Assembly: GCA_018304465.1 (NCBI GenBank)
Contig: JAGVWC010000009.1
Location: 96,001 to 160,000 of the forward strand
Length of the DNA stretch: 64,000 nt
From: Candidatus Iainarchaeum sp.
Lineage (GTDB): Archaea > Iainarchaeota > Iainarchaeia > Iainarchaeales > JAGVWC01
Reading direction: 5' to 3'
In this document: positions 16,960-27,118 of the stretch, one piece after another
Position numbering within the stretch: the first letter of the stretch is position 1
Layout: every line of letters begins with the position of its first letter
Made by a program: the position numbers and the translations under genes
Notes under the pieces: generated by a model
The model's input: the letters and a program-made list of their open reading frames with translations, nothing else
Database searches by the model: none
What the model was told of the DNA's origin: nothing

Positions 16960-19325
16960 GAGCCCAGCGCTCCCACAACAGAGTTCGAGATAAGCACGCT
17001 GACGATAAAACAAAGAATCGCGATCGGAAGGGATTGCGCAAGATTGATCTTGAACAACACGTCGTTGTCTTCCTCGATCTTGGTGTTGTAGTAAGTCATG
17101 ATGATGACGAGTTCGATTACGTAAATGGCGACGATGAGAACGAATTGGACCGGCGTGACCATGGTTTGGAATACTTCCGGGTTTTGTCCCAGCAGCCCGG
17201 TTCCGACGTTGGATAAGTCGGGCAATCCCGGCACCGAAACAGAACTTGACGTCGTGACCGAAGAACTTCCTTGACTTGAAACGATTTGCGATAACGTAAC
17301 CATGACGACTTTTTGTAGCGACGTCGTGATTCCCAATACGATCGGAGCGATGAAAATCACCATGGTGTGCATCATGGACGTGACTTCGCGAACCAGGGCG
17401 GACAGCATGCGCGTGACTTTTTCCTGGTTGGTGAGTTGCATGGAAAGCGACATCAGGGTGCGCGCGGATACATTGACGCCAAGATTCACGGAATCCACGA
17501 GGAGTTTCATCGAGCTTTTGATGATGGCTGATGGAATGTTGCGCAGCGCGCCGAAGGTTTTGTCGAACACGGCGGCCTCAAGCGGCATTCCAAGCAGTGA
17601 AATGTTTTCCACTATTTTTCCGTAAATGCGTTCTGCCACGATGGTTTTGGGCAAAAATTCACGGGTGTGCTGCAGGGCTTCTTCGACGGGTTTGTTTTCG
17701 CCCATGCGTGACGCGAGAATGTAAAGACTGTCGCGGAATTCGGTTTCCATTTGCATGGTTTCAAGCTGCACTTTTCGTTTTCCCTGGTTCGAAAAAAACA
17801 AGTAAAAATACGCGAGCAATCCAAACGTCAATAGTCCTCCGAAAACGAGTTTGTACGGCGTGATGTCGTGAGTTCCCTGGGCAAAGTAGCGTTGTCGCTC
17901 CAAGGCAATGCGGTCCCTGCGCTGGACGGGATCCGTGATTTCGGTAGATAATTCTTTGTCGAGCAATCCGTCGGGTTCGAAATAATTCGTGGGTTTGTTG
18001 TCTTCCAACAGCACTTTTTCGGAGTTCGGATCGGGTGGAATCAGGTACGTGGATTGTCCGAGTTCGTCTTTTCCGTAGGGGACTCCGAATTGGGATAATC
18101 CCAAGGTGATTCCGCCGCACACCAAAAGGATCACGAGCAATCCGAGTCGAAGATCGACCATCATGTTTCCGATTTGCGCCTTGTTTTTGGGCGGAAGACC
18201 CGGATGGTTGTCCGGAACAACGGGCGGTTCGTAGGTGGGGGGACGGGTCAAGACGACGTTTCGCGCGAAAATGAACGCGCCAAGCGGAATCAAGATATTG
18301 TAGACCAGGATCAGGATTTCGGGGCGCGCCAAGGGCGCGCCGGAAAAAACGCTTCCGATGGGAAGAATGATAATCAGGATCAACGGCAAAAGCACGCCGA
18401 GATAAAACAGCATGATGGAGGGCTGTGAGAGCTGGCGTGCGTAATTTTCCATTTTGTTCTTGATGGAATCAAGCATTTCCGTGACGGTCCGATCGAGTAA
18501 CAGGTAGCGTTTGGATTCGGATTCTTCGAGCACGGACGCGCGGATCATCATGAGCGATCGTTTGAATTCGTCCGAGAATTTTCCCCAGCGGTACGCCATG
18601 GCGTCGAGTCCTTCGGAAAGCGTGTTGTAAAAACCCAGTTGGACTTCCCAGATCATTTTTCGCAGATCGTCCGCGATTTTTCCGCGGCCGTGTTCGGCGG
18701 CGAATTCGATCGCACGCTCGAGATTGGGAACGAGTTTCATGGACATCGTCATGTAACCCACGATTTCGGGTACGTACGTGAGCGCGCGGATTTGTTCTTC
18801 GCGTGCTTTTTCAAGCGGATAGCGTTGCACGTAATTGATCAAAAACAAGGCGATCAGCAACAAGGGCATGAAAATGTACACCAACGCCATTTCCATGCTT
18901 TTCGTAAAACCAATCACGAGCTGGAGCACCGAAATCGTGCCGCAGACCTGGATTCCTTCATCGTCGAATTTGGAGCAGTCGGGAATCAGCGGCACCGCAG
19001 CCAGGAGCAACCCGATCAATAGCGCGATTCCCACCCCGGCAAACATCGTGAACGAAACCGCGGATCCGAATTCGGATGCTTTCAGATCCCATCCCAAAAA
19101 ATCGATGGCTTCACGGTGTTCTTCGGAGTACCGGGCTTTCATGTCCGGTCGGATGAATTGTGTGGTCCATTTGCAGAATTTGACAAAGGCGGGCACCGTG
19201 GATTTGACGAGTTTTGTTTCGCCTTTTTCGAAATCGCGGTCTTCGGTGCGGATGCTTTTGTAGATTTCTCCCGGCGACGCATTGGGTTCGTAAAACGGCC
19301 GTTTATTGGCGTCAGACGGCGGCAT
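16956..19325 (-). CDS. Large ArlJ/TadC-like pilus platform protein with two T2SS-F-type domains
   Basis: PEIVGYMTMSMKLVPNLERAIEFAA and FRDSLYILASRMGENKPVEEAL repeats; about 8 TM helices; follows the ATPase. Confidence 0.88.
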   Translation of the reverse strand: MPPSDANKRPFYEPNASPGEIYKSIRTEDRDFEKGETKLVKSTVPAFVKFCKWTTQFIRPDMKARYSEEHREAIDFLGWDLKASEFGSAVSFTMFAGVGIALLIGLLLAAVPLIPDCSKFDDEGIQVCGTISVLQLVIGFTKSMEMALVYIFMPLLLIALFLINYVQRYPLEKAREEQIRALTYVPEIVGYMTMSMKLVPNLERAIEFAAEHGRGKIADDLRKMIWEVQLGFYNTLSEGLDAMAYRWGKFSDEFKRSLMMIRASVLEESESKRYLLLDRTVTEMLDSIKNKMENYARQLSQPSIMLFYLGVLLPLILIIILPIGSVFSGAPLARPEILILVYNILIPLGAFIFARNVVLTRPPTYEPPVVPDNHPGLPPKNKAQIGNMMVDLRLGLLVILLVCGGITLGLSQFGVPYGKDELGQSTYLIPPDPNSEKVLLEDNKPTNYFEPDGLLDKELSTEITDPVQRRDRIALERQRYFAQGTHDITPYKLVFGGLLTFGLLAYFYLFFSNQGKRKVQLETMQMETEFRDSLYILASRMGENKPVEEALQHTREFLPKTIVAERIYGKIVENISLLGMPLEAAVFDKTFGALRNIPSAIIKSSMKLLVDSVNLGVNVSARTLMSLSMQLTNQEKVTRMLSALVREVTSMMHTMVIFIAPIVLGITTSLQKVVMVTLSQIVSSQGSSSVTTSSSVSVPGLPDLSNVGTGLLGQNPEVFQTMVTPVQFVLIVAIYVIELVIIMTYYNTKIEEDNDVLFKINLAQSLPIAILCFIVSVLISNSVVGALGS

Positions 19326-22300
19326 GGCTTACCCGTTCTTGGCTGGTTTTTTTCTTTTCAAGCAGGCGTTTTAAGAGTTTGTTTTGCACCCATTCTTTCC
19401 AGTCCACCAGCAACTGGTCGTAATCGACTTTTTTTCCGGCGGACAACTGGTCTTCGCGCAGAATCATGTATTTGTTGTTGGTTTGACAGTAGTTTTCGGC
19501 TTCGATGAGTTCGGGTATCTCGTACTTGTTTTTCAGGTCCACCAAAAATGCTTTGCTCGCGGCGTTGGTTTTGATCGCTTTCCAGATTTCCTCGATCGTC
19601 ATTCCCGAAGTGGATTGAATGCGCTCGAACAGGTCCGAGTCCTTGAGATTGTCTTCGAGCAAATCAATGCGGTCGTCTTTGGCATGGTATCTCATGATAT
19701 CCAGTAGTCCGCCTTCTTTGTCCGGGTCCGTGGTCCAGTGTTTTTTGACTTCCGTGACTTGGACGAGGCGACGATGGCGTTTTAAGGATCCGCGAAAACG
19801 AATCGGTCGGCAGACCACGACCAGATCGGTTGCTTTGAAAGACGTGGTGGGAACCGCAAGATCGTTGACGACGCGGTCCCAAACCGAGTACGCGGAATCG
19901 CCGTGAATGGTTCCAAGTACGATGTTTCCCGCGGCGCCAACCCGCATGGCTTCGTACAATACTTTGGCTTCGGTGGAACGCACTTCTCCGAGCACCAGTG
20001 CCGAGTCGCCTAATCGCAGCGCGGTTCGAAGGGATTCTTCGGGCCCGACTTCGGATTCGGTTTTTGAAACCGAGATCGGCGAGCGGGTTTTGAGCCGTTG
20101 AATATTGAAGCCCACGTTTTTCATGTATTCCGCAGGAATTTCGAGCGTGTTATGGGCGATAATGTTTTCACAAATAAAATTTTCGCATCCCGGGACCGAG
20201 AAATCGTACACGAATCGTTCGTTGGTTTCAAGCTTTTGAATTGCGGTTACTTCGTCCCACAAAATCTCGGATTCGACGAGTGTATTCAAACGATCAATCA
20301 AAACAGTCTGGGTTTTGGCGGTTGAAAGCATTTGCGATAGTTTTCGGCGCCCAATATTGTTTCCGCGGGTAATGTAATCACTATAACTGAACTTGTCGAT
20401 GAGGCGGGCCAAGGTTTTTTTGATCGGGATTCCAAGCGGAATCGTATCGGTGGCGTCTTGAGTGGGGCGATGGGTACAAAGGAGTTCCAAACGCGTTGTT
20501 TTTTCAATCTGGAGAAAACCGATTTTTTCTTTGAAACGATCGAAGTTTTGCCGGCCCCCGATATATAAACGGTACGTTTTGTCCCTTTCCTTTTGGGGAC
20601 CGACTCTTGCGGTAATTCCAAAATGCAACAATAGGGTCTGAAGCTGATCGATCATTTGCTTTGAGCAAAGACTGATTCCGAGTTCTTTTTGCGAAGCGTT
20701 GCCGTCTCCGCTGAAAAGTCCTTTGAGAAAATGACCTTTTTGGCGTTGGTCTAAATTAAACGCCCAATTTGGAATTTGCTTGGTATATGCATTCCCTTTC
20801 AGATGCAATATGTTTTTGAAAAACCAGACAAGGTTCGTGTTCGAGATGACGGTCGAGAACTGGTCGTGATGAATTCGCGGAACAAGCCCGAGTTTATCGC
20901 AGATGTCTTTAAGCAGTTTTTTGCTGGGGGCATCCCCGACCGAAACAATGATTGCGAAGCGAGAATCGTAGCATCCGTCCGCAAGCCATAATCCCGCTAG
21001 TTCGATCCAATCGTTGGACAATGGGATCGTTAGCGGAAGCGGGCGGGATTTTTGATCGATTTTGAATTTAAGATTGGTAGTGTCCAGCGAAACTTTGTTT
21101 CGAAGTTGTTCATAGATCTTGACGGGCAGTATTCCCTTGCGTTTCCATACGGAAGAAGAATTTTTTTTGTAACCGTTTTCTCTGGCGGCTTGCTTGACCA
21201 ATTTCCAGTTTTGTGCAATCCACGGTTTGATTTCGCTTCCGAGGAGAAAGCCCTTTTTGGAAGCAACCAAAGTATCCAGCACGGGGAACGCGCAAATCAA
21301 TGAAGGATCGTTCGGCAGAGTGCTTGGAACGGCGATTCGTTTTCCGACAGTTAGATCGGATGTCTTGATGGGAACAATTTGCGCGTTTTGGTCTAACGCG
21401 AAAAGAGAATGATCGCAAGTAACTTTGAGTGTTCGGCCGCTTTTTGTCCGAACCTCAAGAATGTCTTTGGTGACAGCATGCCGGGAAAATTGGGATACCC
21501 GTGCAAGAACAATTTTTCCGGATTTATCCATCGAATACACATGAATGTCTTCCGGATTGGAATCGAGCAGGTCGCGCCCATGAATATCGATTGACCCGAA
21601 TTTTGAAATCTGTTCGTCGATGAGAGCTCCAACGGTTGTGAATTCAAATGATTCCTTTCGTTTCACTTGAATTTTTGAATCACCGGTGACGCTGTCTTCC
21701 TGTAGAATAATCCGCGTGTTCTGAAGAATTTCCAGCATCAGGGCCTGGAGCAGCGATGTTTTTCCCGCGCCGCGCGAACCCGTAACAAGCGTGGTGGCTT
21801 GCTGGTCGATGAAAAACGAGAGTAGTCCCGCCGAAAGCGGCGTCATGAAATGATTGTCAATGAACTGGGGCAGTGTCCAAGGCGTGACTTTGTGGAGTCG
21901 AAACGCGAACGCGATTCCGTCGGGAGAAAGCGGGGGCCCGATGACGGCGACACGGGCGTCGGAATCATCGAGATCGAAATCAAGCACGGGGTGGGCTTCG
22001 TCGAACGGACGGCCGCTCATGGCGCGGAGTTTGGAAACCATGGAATTGGCTTCGTCCGCGGTGTACACGATGTTGGTCTGGCATTGTCCGTAGTCGGAGT
22101 GCACCACGTAAATTGGTTTCATTCCGATGGGCGCGTCGACGTAAATATCGGTGAGGCGTTTGTCCTGCAATACCAGTTCGAGGATTCCGTATCCGACAGT
22201 ATAACGCGCCACGACTTCGGCGAGTTCGCGGGCTTCGTCGTTTGAAAGCGGGATTTTCATGGATTGCGCGATGTCATGAATCGTGCTTTCGTAGATGCGC

Positions 22301-23172
22301 GTGAAGTATTTGCGGCTTTTGGCAACCATGGAAAGCGATGTTTTCCCGGGTTTGTAACTGGCAACGATTTCCTTGGTTTTCGAGAGAATGAAGTATTTTT
22401 CGGGGGGCAAAGAGTATTCCGGCGGGTTCACGAAATACAATGCTTCGGTTTTGTTCGGGTGTTTGAAGATCTGGACGTTGGCGAGGCCGATGTTGTATTC
22501 GTCCAAGAGTTCGAGTTCTTCGTCGTCGCCAAACAAGAGGCGGCTTCCGATAAAAGACGGTTTGATTTCGGCTTCGAACATCGAACGGTAGATTTCGCGG
22601 CTTTCGGGGACTTTTTGGAGTTTTTGCAAAAAGTCTTTGGCGCGTCCGATGAGTTCGGTGGATTCGAAGCGTTTCTTGATTTCGGTCAGTGTCGCGAGGT
22701 AAACCGCGTTGCATTCGCGAACCTTGTCTCCAAGACCGCTTAATTTTTCCTGTTCGGTTCGGATTTCATGCAGACACGTTAAGTATGCCATTACAGGGTC
22801 GTACGCGAGCAAATCGTGCGTGACGCGCACGATCGCGTCGTGGCGCGTGGCGAAGAATTTTTCGCATTCGAGGTCCGGCGTTCCGAGGTGCGCGTAGCTC
22901 CACATCGCGTCGTTTTCGAATTTCCGGATCAAGGAAGAGACTTCGGTGAGCATTTTGGTTTCGTGTTCGTCGTAGACGCGTTCGTATACTTCGGCGAATA
23001 CGATCAGGTCCGCGTCAACTTCCTGGAGCACGGATAACACGTGGAACATGCACGCGCGGTCTTCGGCGAGGCTTGCGCCGTACACGCAGTTCCGGCAGTC
23101 GAAAACGAGGTGGCGTTTTCCGCCCATATCCTTGACGACATAATCGCCGACTTCAAATTGCCCGATTTTCAT
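19312..23172 (-). CDS. Type II/IV secretion (pilus assembly) ATPase containing an intein; 771-aa extein
   Basis: Walker A GSRGAGKT, QED|TLEI Asp box split by the intein, LRLGDSALVLGEVR, GTIHG; N-terminal DCRNC. Confidence 0.93.
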   Translation of the reverse strand: MKIGQFEVGDYVVKDMGGKRHLVFDCRNCVYGASLAEDRACMFHVLSVLQEVDADLIVFAEVYERVYDEHETKMLTEVSSLIRKFENDAMWSYAHLGTPDLECEKFFATRHDAIVRVTHDLLAYDPVMAYLTCLHEIRTEQEKLSGLGDKVRECNAVYLATLTEIKKRFESTELIGRAKDFLQKLQKVPESREIYRSMFEAEIKPSFIGSRLLFGDDEELELLDEYNIGLANVQIFKHPNKTEALYFVNPPEYSLPPEKYFILSKTKEIVASYKPGKTSLSMVAKSRKYFTRIYESTIHDIAQSMKIPLSNDEARELAEVVARYTVGYGILELVLQDKRLTDIYVDAPIGMKPIYVVHSDYGQCQTNIVYTADEANSMVSKLRAMSGRPFDEAHPVLDFDLDDSDARVAVIGPPLSPDGIAFAFRLHKVTPWTLPQFIDNHFMTPLSAGLLSFFIDQQATTLVTGSRGAGKTSLLQALMLEILQNTRIILQEDSVTGDSKIQVKRKESFEFTTVGALIDEQISKFGSIDIHGRDLLDSNPEDIHVYSMDKSGKIVLARVSQFSRHAVTKDILEVRTKSGRTLKVTCDHSLFALDQNAQIVPIKTSDLTVGKRIAVPSTLPNDPSLICAFPVLDTLVASKKGFLLGSEIKPWIAQNWKLVKQAARENGYKKNSSSVWKRKGILPVKIYEQLRNKVSLDTTNLKFKIDQKSRPLPLTIPLSNDWIELAGLWLADGCYDSRFAIIVSVGDAPSKKLLKDICDKLGLVPRIHHDQFSTVISNTNLVWFFKNILHLKGNAYTKQIPNWAFNLDQRQKGHFLKGLFSGDGNASQKELGISLCSKQMIDQLQTLLLHFGITARVGPQKERDKTYRLYIGGRQNFDRFKEKIGFLQIEKTTRLELLCTHRPTQDATDTIPLGIPIKKTLARLIDKFSYSDYITRGNNIGRRKLSQMLSTAKTQTVLIDRLNTLVESEILWDEVTAIQKLETNERFVYDFSVPGCENFICENIIAHNTLEIPAEYMKNVGFNIQRLKTRSPISVSKTESEVGPEESLRTALRLGDSALVLGEVRSTEAKVLYEAMRVGAAGNIVLGTIHGDSAYSVWDRVVNDLAVPTTSFKATDLVVVCRPIRFRGSLKRHRRLVQVTEVKKHWTTDPDKEGGLLDIMRYHAKDDRIDLLEDNLKDSDLFERIQSTSGMTIEEIWKAIKTNAASKAFLVDLKNKYEIPELIEAENYCQTNNKYMILREDQLSAGKKVDYDQLLVDWKEWVQNKLLKRLLEKKKTSQERVSHAAV
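20149..21693 (-). mobile_element. Intein (515 aa) with LAGLIDADG homing endonuclease
   Basis: Starts SVTGDSKI (block A), VTCDHSLF (block B), LAGLWLADG and FLKGLFSGDG (LAGLIDADG), VYDFSVPGCENF (block F), ends IIAHN followed by Thr; visibly more AT-rich than the flanks. Confidence 0.95.
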
Positions 23173-23303
23173 CGAATTCGGTCCCCTGTTGTTCTCTCTA
23201 TATACAAGGACTTGTGATTAATAAGGTTTGTTGACCGGAGAGCCCGCACATTCCCGACCAGCGGGTTTTTATTTTGGCGATTCGTTTTCGTTGTGGGTTT
23301 TGA

Positions 23304-24224
23304 ATGGAATTCGGACGGATTTTAAAATCCGGTTTGGTGGAGTGGTTAAAAGAACCGCGACTGGTTCGCTTGTTCGTGATTATTTTCGCGGTGTATTTTG
23401 TTTCGAGCCTGTTGACCACCGCTTTCATGGCCGCGTCTTTTGGATTGGATTTGTCCTGGCAAATGATCAAGTCCGAATGGGAAGTGATTCCAAATGACGA
23501 GAACTGGGCGGAAGATTTGACAGGCGATGCTTTTGTTAGCCGCGCGGTTTTGTTCGGATTGGCGGGATTGTTAATCGGAATCGCGGTATTGATCGTGGCC
23601 ACGATGATTTCGGCGTTCGCGGTGCACGAATCCATGATTTGGAAACGGATCCGCACAGGGACGATTTCGATCGGAAAATCATTGAAGTTTGTCGTTTTCA
23701 ATTTTTACGCGTGCATCGTGATTTTGCTGTTGTTGATGGACCCAATCTGGCTTGTGGTGCCGGTGATCAGCATGATCCTGATCGCGGTTGGACTTTTGTT
23801 CGGAGGCTTGGCCTTGGTTTTGTTGGTGCTGGGTTTTCTTGGGTTGCTGGCATACGCCGGAATCGTTATTTACCATATTTATCGTCTTTCGTTTGCGGAC
23901 ATCGCGTGGCTTTCCTCCGAGATGCCGATGCAGGACGCGTTGGAAGAATCCTGGCAGGCGACCAAAGGTCGTTTTTGGGAAATTTTCATCGGGGCTTTTG
24001 GTGCCAACATCGTGTCGGCGTTGCTTGCCGGAGTCGTGGTTTCGATTCTGGCGTTGGCGCCGATGATGATCGGGGACGCCTCGCAAAGTCCCGCGGTAAT
24101 AGCGATTTGCATGGGCGTACTGAATTTGTTGCGCGCCGTAATGACTTCGTTTTTGTTCATGGCGTCGTTTGCCATTATCGCCGAGATTTACGTTCAGGTT
24201 CTTCGCGACCCCAAGAAGCATTAA
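23304..24224 (+). CDS. Polytopic membrane protein (GPDPase-membrane-domain-like family)
   Basis: 6-7 TM helices; DALEESWQATKGRFWEIF motif typical of this membrane family. Confidence 0.65.
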   Translation: MEFGRILKSGLVEWLKEPRLVRLFVIIFAVYFVSSLLTTAFMAASFGLDLSWQMIKSEWEVIPNDENWAEDLTGDAFVSRAVLFGLAGLLIGIAVLIVATMISAFAVHESMIWKRIRTGTISIGKSLKFVVFNFYACIVILLLLMDPIWLVVPVISMILIAVGLLFGGLALVLLVLGFLGLLAYAGIVIYHIYRLSFADIAWLSSEMPMQDALEESWQATKGRFWEIFIGAFGANIVSALLAGVVVSILALAPMMIGDASQSPAVIAICMGVLNLLRAVMTSFLFMASFAIIAEIYVQVLRDPKKH

Positions 24225-24248
24225 AAAAACTCTCTTGGTTTTTCTATC

Positions 24249-24779
24249 ATGCAAAAACAGAATCCGCATGATTACGAATCCGCCAAAAAAGCCGTGGTGA
24301 GCGCGGGAAAATTTTTTCTGTTCCTGCTGGTTTCTTTTTCGGTTCTGTTCGTTTTGTCGATTTTGATTCCCGTGGCGGATTTCGAGCGGCTGCTCGCCGC
24401 ATTGGTCCAGAATGCGTTGTCGTTTTTTCGGATCGAAGCGTTCGCGGGGTTCGAGGAAGACGCGTTTGTTCAGGTGGTGTCGGGACCCAAAATCGTTTTC
24501 AATTTTTTGTGCACGGGCATCACCGAAACGATTATTTTGCTGAGCGCGATTTTTGCAACGTTTGAAATCGAATGGAAAAAAAGGCTCGTCGGAGCCGCGG
24601 CCGGAATCGTCGCGGTGTTCGCGTTCAATCTCGTCCGGATTTTCGTCACGGTGTGGTCGATCTTGACGCAGCCACTCGAAGTGGTGGTGTTGTCGCATGA
24701 AGTATTGTTCCGGATTTTTTTATTCGTGGTCATCGCGGGACTGTATTGGGCGTGGCTTCGATGGAGTCGAAAAAAATAA
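24249..24779 (+). CDS. Exosortase/archaeosortase family protein
   Basis: Multi-TM, with Cys/Arg/His triad motifs FLCTG, FNLVRIF and SHEVLF; followed by a gene with a C-terminal sorting signal. Confidence 0.88.
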   Translation: MQKQNPHDYESAKKAVVSAGKFFLFLLVSFSVLFVLSILIPVADFERLLAALVQNALSFFRIEAFAGFEEDAFVQVVSGPKIVFNFLCTGITETIILLSAIFATFEIEWKKRLVGAAAGIVAVFAFNLVRIFVTVWSILTQPLEVVVLSHEVLFRIFLFVVIAGLYWAWLRWSRKK

Positions 24780-24821
24780 TCAAAGCAAAGTTTATATTGT
24801 CGGAAATGGCACTATTAAGTT

Positions 24822-27068
24822 ATGCGGTTTTGGTCTGGAATCGGTCTTGGCAGCGGGGTGTTGCTGGCTTTTTTTTTGGTGTTTCAAACCGTTGCGGCGG
24901 GAAACATTGATTTTGCGGCTAACGAATTGGCGAGTCTTTCGTGGGCGTGTAAAAGTCCCGGCATCAGTTGCGGTCCAGCGGGTTCGTATAATTGCAGCGG
25001 CGGAATAACGAATGATGTCACGTCGTGCAACGATACCGCGAACCAGATTTGCAAAGCGTATAACGACGGTACATGGTTTGCAACCGGCGCGTATTGGGGA
25101 ACCGGCACCACGCGAACCATGTTTGGTCATCCGGGCCTGGATAATTGCTATCGAAGAACCTATCGTTTGACCCTGAGTGGTTGGGTTCCGAATGAGTGGG
25201 TGCCCTACCCCAAAAGCGATAATGGAACTTACATCGGAGTGGAAGTGGGTTGTTGGCCGCCGCTTGACTCGGTCCAGCCGTTTCTTCCCGCGATGACGTG
25301 CGGAAGCTGCTTGGTGAGTTTTAGCTGCGCGCAATGCAACAATGAATGCACGGCGGGCGCGACACGCTGCAGCGGTTCCTCGGCGCAAGTCTGCAGTGCG
25401 AATTCGAATGGTTGTTTGTCCTGGCAAAACGTCGCCAATTGCGGTGCCGCAAGTTGCGGAGCGGGGGGAACCAGGTATTGTAATGCCGCGGGCGATGTCG
25501 TGCAAGACCAGACGTGTTCGGGCGGATGTAACAACGGAAGTTGTGTCGGCGACTGGACCAACAGCCAACTTGTTTCCAACTGCAGTCCCGGAACCACCTA
25601 CAGCGCATGGAGCGCGCCTTACTGCAAACCCGGAGATTTGACCAAAACGTACCATACCCGCGATGTCCTCACCAAGGGCTGCCGCGGGGCACCTGGAACC
25701 TGTTTTACGGACAACAGCGAAGAAGAAGCCGTTGCGAATAATTGTAGCGCGAGTCAAGTGTGTTATAGCGGCGCGTGTGTAGATGTGGTGTGTAATGCTT
25801 CCGTTGCCCCGACGCCGATTCTTCGAAACAATTCTTCCACGTATACCGGCGCCTACCAGGGATTCGTAGCCAAGCCAGGCACGGGTCCGGCCACGCTTAA
25901 CTGCGGAAACAATTCTTACGCTTCGATCGGTTGCACGGATCCGGTTGGAACCAACGGAACCTGTACCGCGGATTGCGCGTATCCGACTGCGGGAACTTTC
26001 ACGACGAGTTCGTTTTTGCTTTCTTCCAACGGATATTCGGCAACGTGTGCCGCCCAAAACGTGTGCGTCTATAATACCTGCGCGGATATGCCGGGTCGCT
26101 GTGGAAACGTTCCGCTTGGATGCGGACAATTCGACCCCGCCTGCAACAACTGCACCGCAGGAACCGAAGCATGCGTCAACACCGACTGCCGCGTCATCAG
26201 CTGCAACGTTTCATCGCAATCGCCGATCACTCCCCAAAGCACGTCCACGATTTCGATTGGATACACTGGATTTGCGTCAAAACCCGCAGGTTCAATTCCC
26301 TGCGGAACCATTCCGCAAAGCAGCGCGACGTTGAATTGCACCAATCCGAATGCGAATGGCGACGGAACCTGCACCGCGACCTGCGGACCGTTTTTCACGG
26401 TTGGCAACTATTCCACTCAGTCGTTTGGTCTTTCCAATGGCGAAAGCAATGCCGCGTGCGCTTCAAGCGTGGTGGAAGTCGGTGGAGTTTCGGGCACGGT
26501 TTCGATTTTTATCCGGACACTCAATGGAAAAGGCGAGGATGTTTCGCAGTTCGCAAAAAAAGATACGATCAACGTGGTGATTGACGTGGTTAACAATACT
26601 TCGAATCCGATTGGCGGACCCGGAAACGATTTGTCGGTTTCGTTTTTGACCAAAGAAGAGAATCTGAAAAAAAGAATCAACGTGGGGTTTTCGGCGGGCG
26701 CCAATTCCGCGATCAACATCGATTCGGGTTCGGAGGACGTTGATCTGAAACCGTTGGATTTGTCGGACGGTATTTTTTTGTTGCGGGTGGCGATTCCAAC
26801 CGAAGGCGCGAATTTCAGCCGCGAATACGTCGCCGAAATTCCGTTTGAAACCCGTCGTTTCGAAGAATCGACCGGTGAAAAACTTTTTCTTCAAGCCACT
26901 CCGTTTTCGAGCCAAAAATATATTTCCGTGCTGGATATCCAGGCCAGCGCGGTTCCCGAAACCAACGTAATCGGAGCCGCGCTCGTGGGGTTGTTGGCAT
27001 TGGCGTTTGTTTTTGGCAGTCGGCAAAAAAAGCGCGTTTTTTTGGTTTTAAGGCCAAAAGGGCAATAG
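24822..27068 (+). CDS. Cys-rich secreted surface protein with VPET + TM + basic C-terminal sorting signal
   Basis: N-terminal signal peptide; dozens of Cys; internal duplication (GFVAKP..TLNC..NGTCTADC / GFASKP..TLNC..DGTCTATC); ends AVPETNVIGAALVGLLALAFVFGSRQKKR. Confidence 0.88.
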   Translation: MRFWSGIGLGSGVLLAFFLVFQTVAAGNIDFAANELASLSWACKSPGISCGPAGSYNCSGGITNDVTSCNDTANQICKAYNDGTWFATGAYWGTGTTRTMFGHPGLDNCYRRTYRLTLSGWVPNEWVPYPKSDNGTYIGVEVGCWPPLDSVQPFLPAMTCGSCLVSFSCAQCNNECTAGATRCSGSSAQVCSANSNGCLSWQNVANCGAASCGAGGTRYCNAAGDVVQDQTCSGGCNNGSCVGDWTNSQLVSNCSPGTTYSAWSAPYCKPGDLTKTYHTRDVLTKGCRGAPGTCFTDNSEEEAVANNCSASQVCYSGACVDVVCNASVAPTPILRNNSSTYTGAYQGFVAKPGTGPATLNCGNNSYASIGCTDPVGTNGTCTADCAYPTAGTFTTSSFLLSSNGYSATCAAQNVCVYNTCADMPGRCGNVPLGCGQFDPACNNCTAGTEACVNTDCRVISCNVSSQSPITPQSTSTISIGYTGFASKPAGSIPCGTIPQSSATLNCTNPNANGDGTCTATCGPFFTVGNYSTQSFGLSNGESNAACASSVVEVGGVSGTVSIFIRTLNGKGEDVSQFAKKDTINVVIDVVNNTSNPIGGPGNDLSVSFLTKEENLKKRINVGFSAGANSAINIDSGSEDVDLKPLDLSDGIFLLRVAIPTEGANFSREYVAEIPFETRRFEESTGEKLFLQATPFSSQKYISVLDIQASAVPETNVIGAALVGLLALAFVFGSRQKKRVFLVLRPKGQ

Positions 27069-27070
27069 AA

Positions 27071-27079
27071 TTTATATAA
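27071..27079 (+). promoter_or_regulatory. TATA box upstream of giant protein 1
   Basis: TTTATATAA about 40 nt upstream of ATG 27119. Confidence 0.55.
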
Positions 27080-27118
27080 TAGAATCCCCTAATGGTGTGG
27101 GTTAACGGCCGGGATAAT

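Noticed and set aside
13051-23172. Archaellum operon
   Set aside because: No ArlH (KaiC-like) gene and no archaellin-type G/xxGIxxLIxFIA N-terminus; better described as a type IV pilus cluster
24792-26129. 445-aa minus-strand ORF
   Set aside because: Antisense to the Cys-rich surface protein; its Ala/Arg/Thr bias follows from the sense codons
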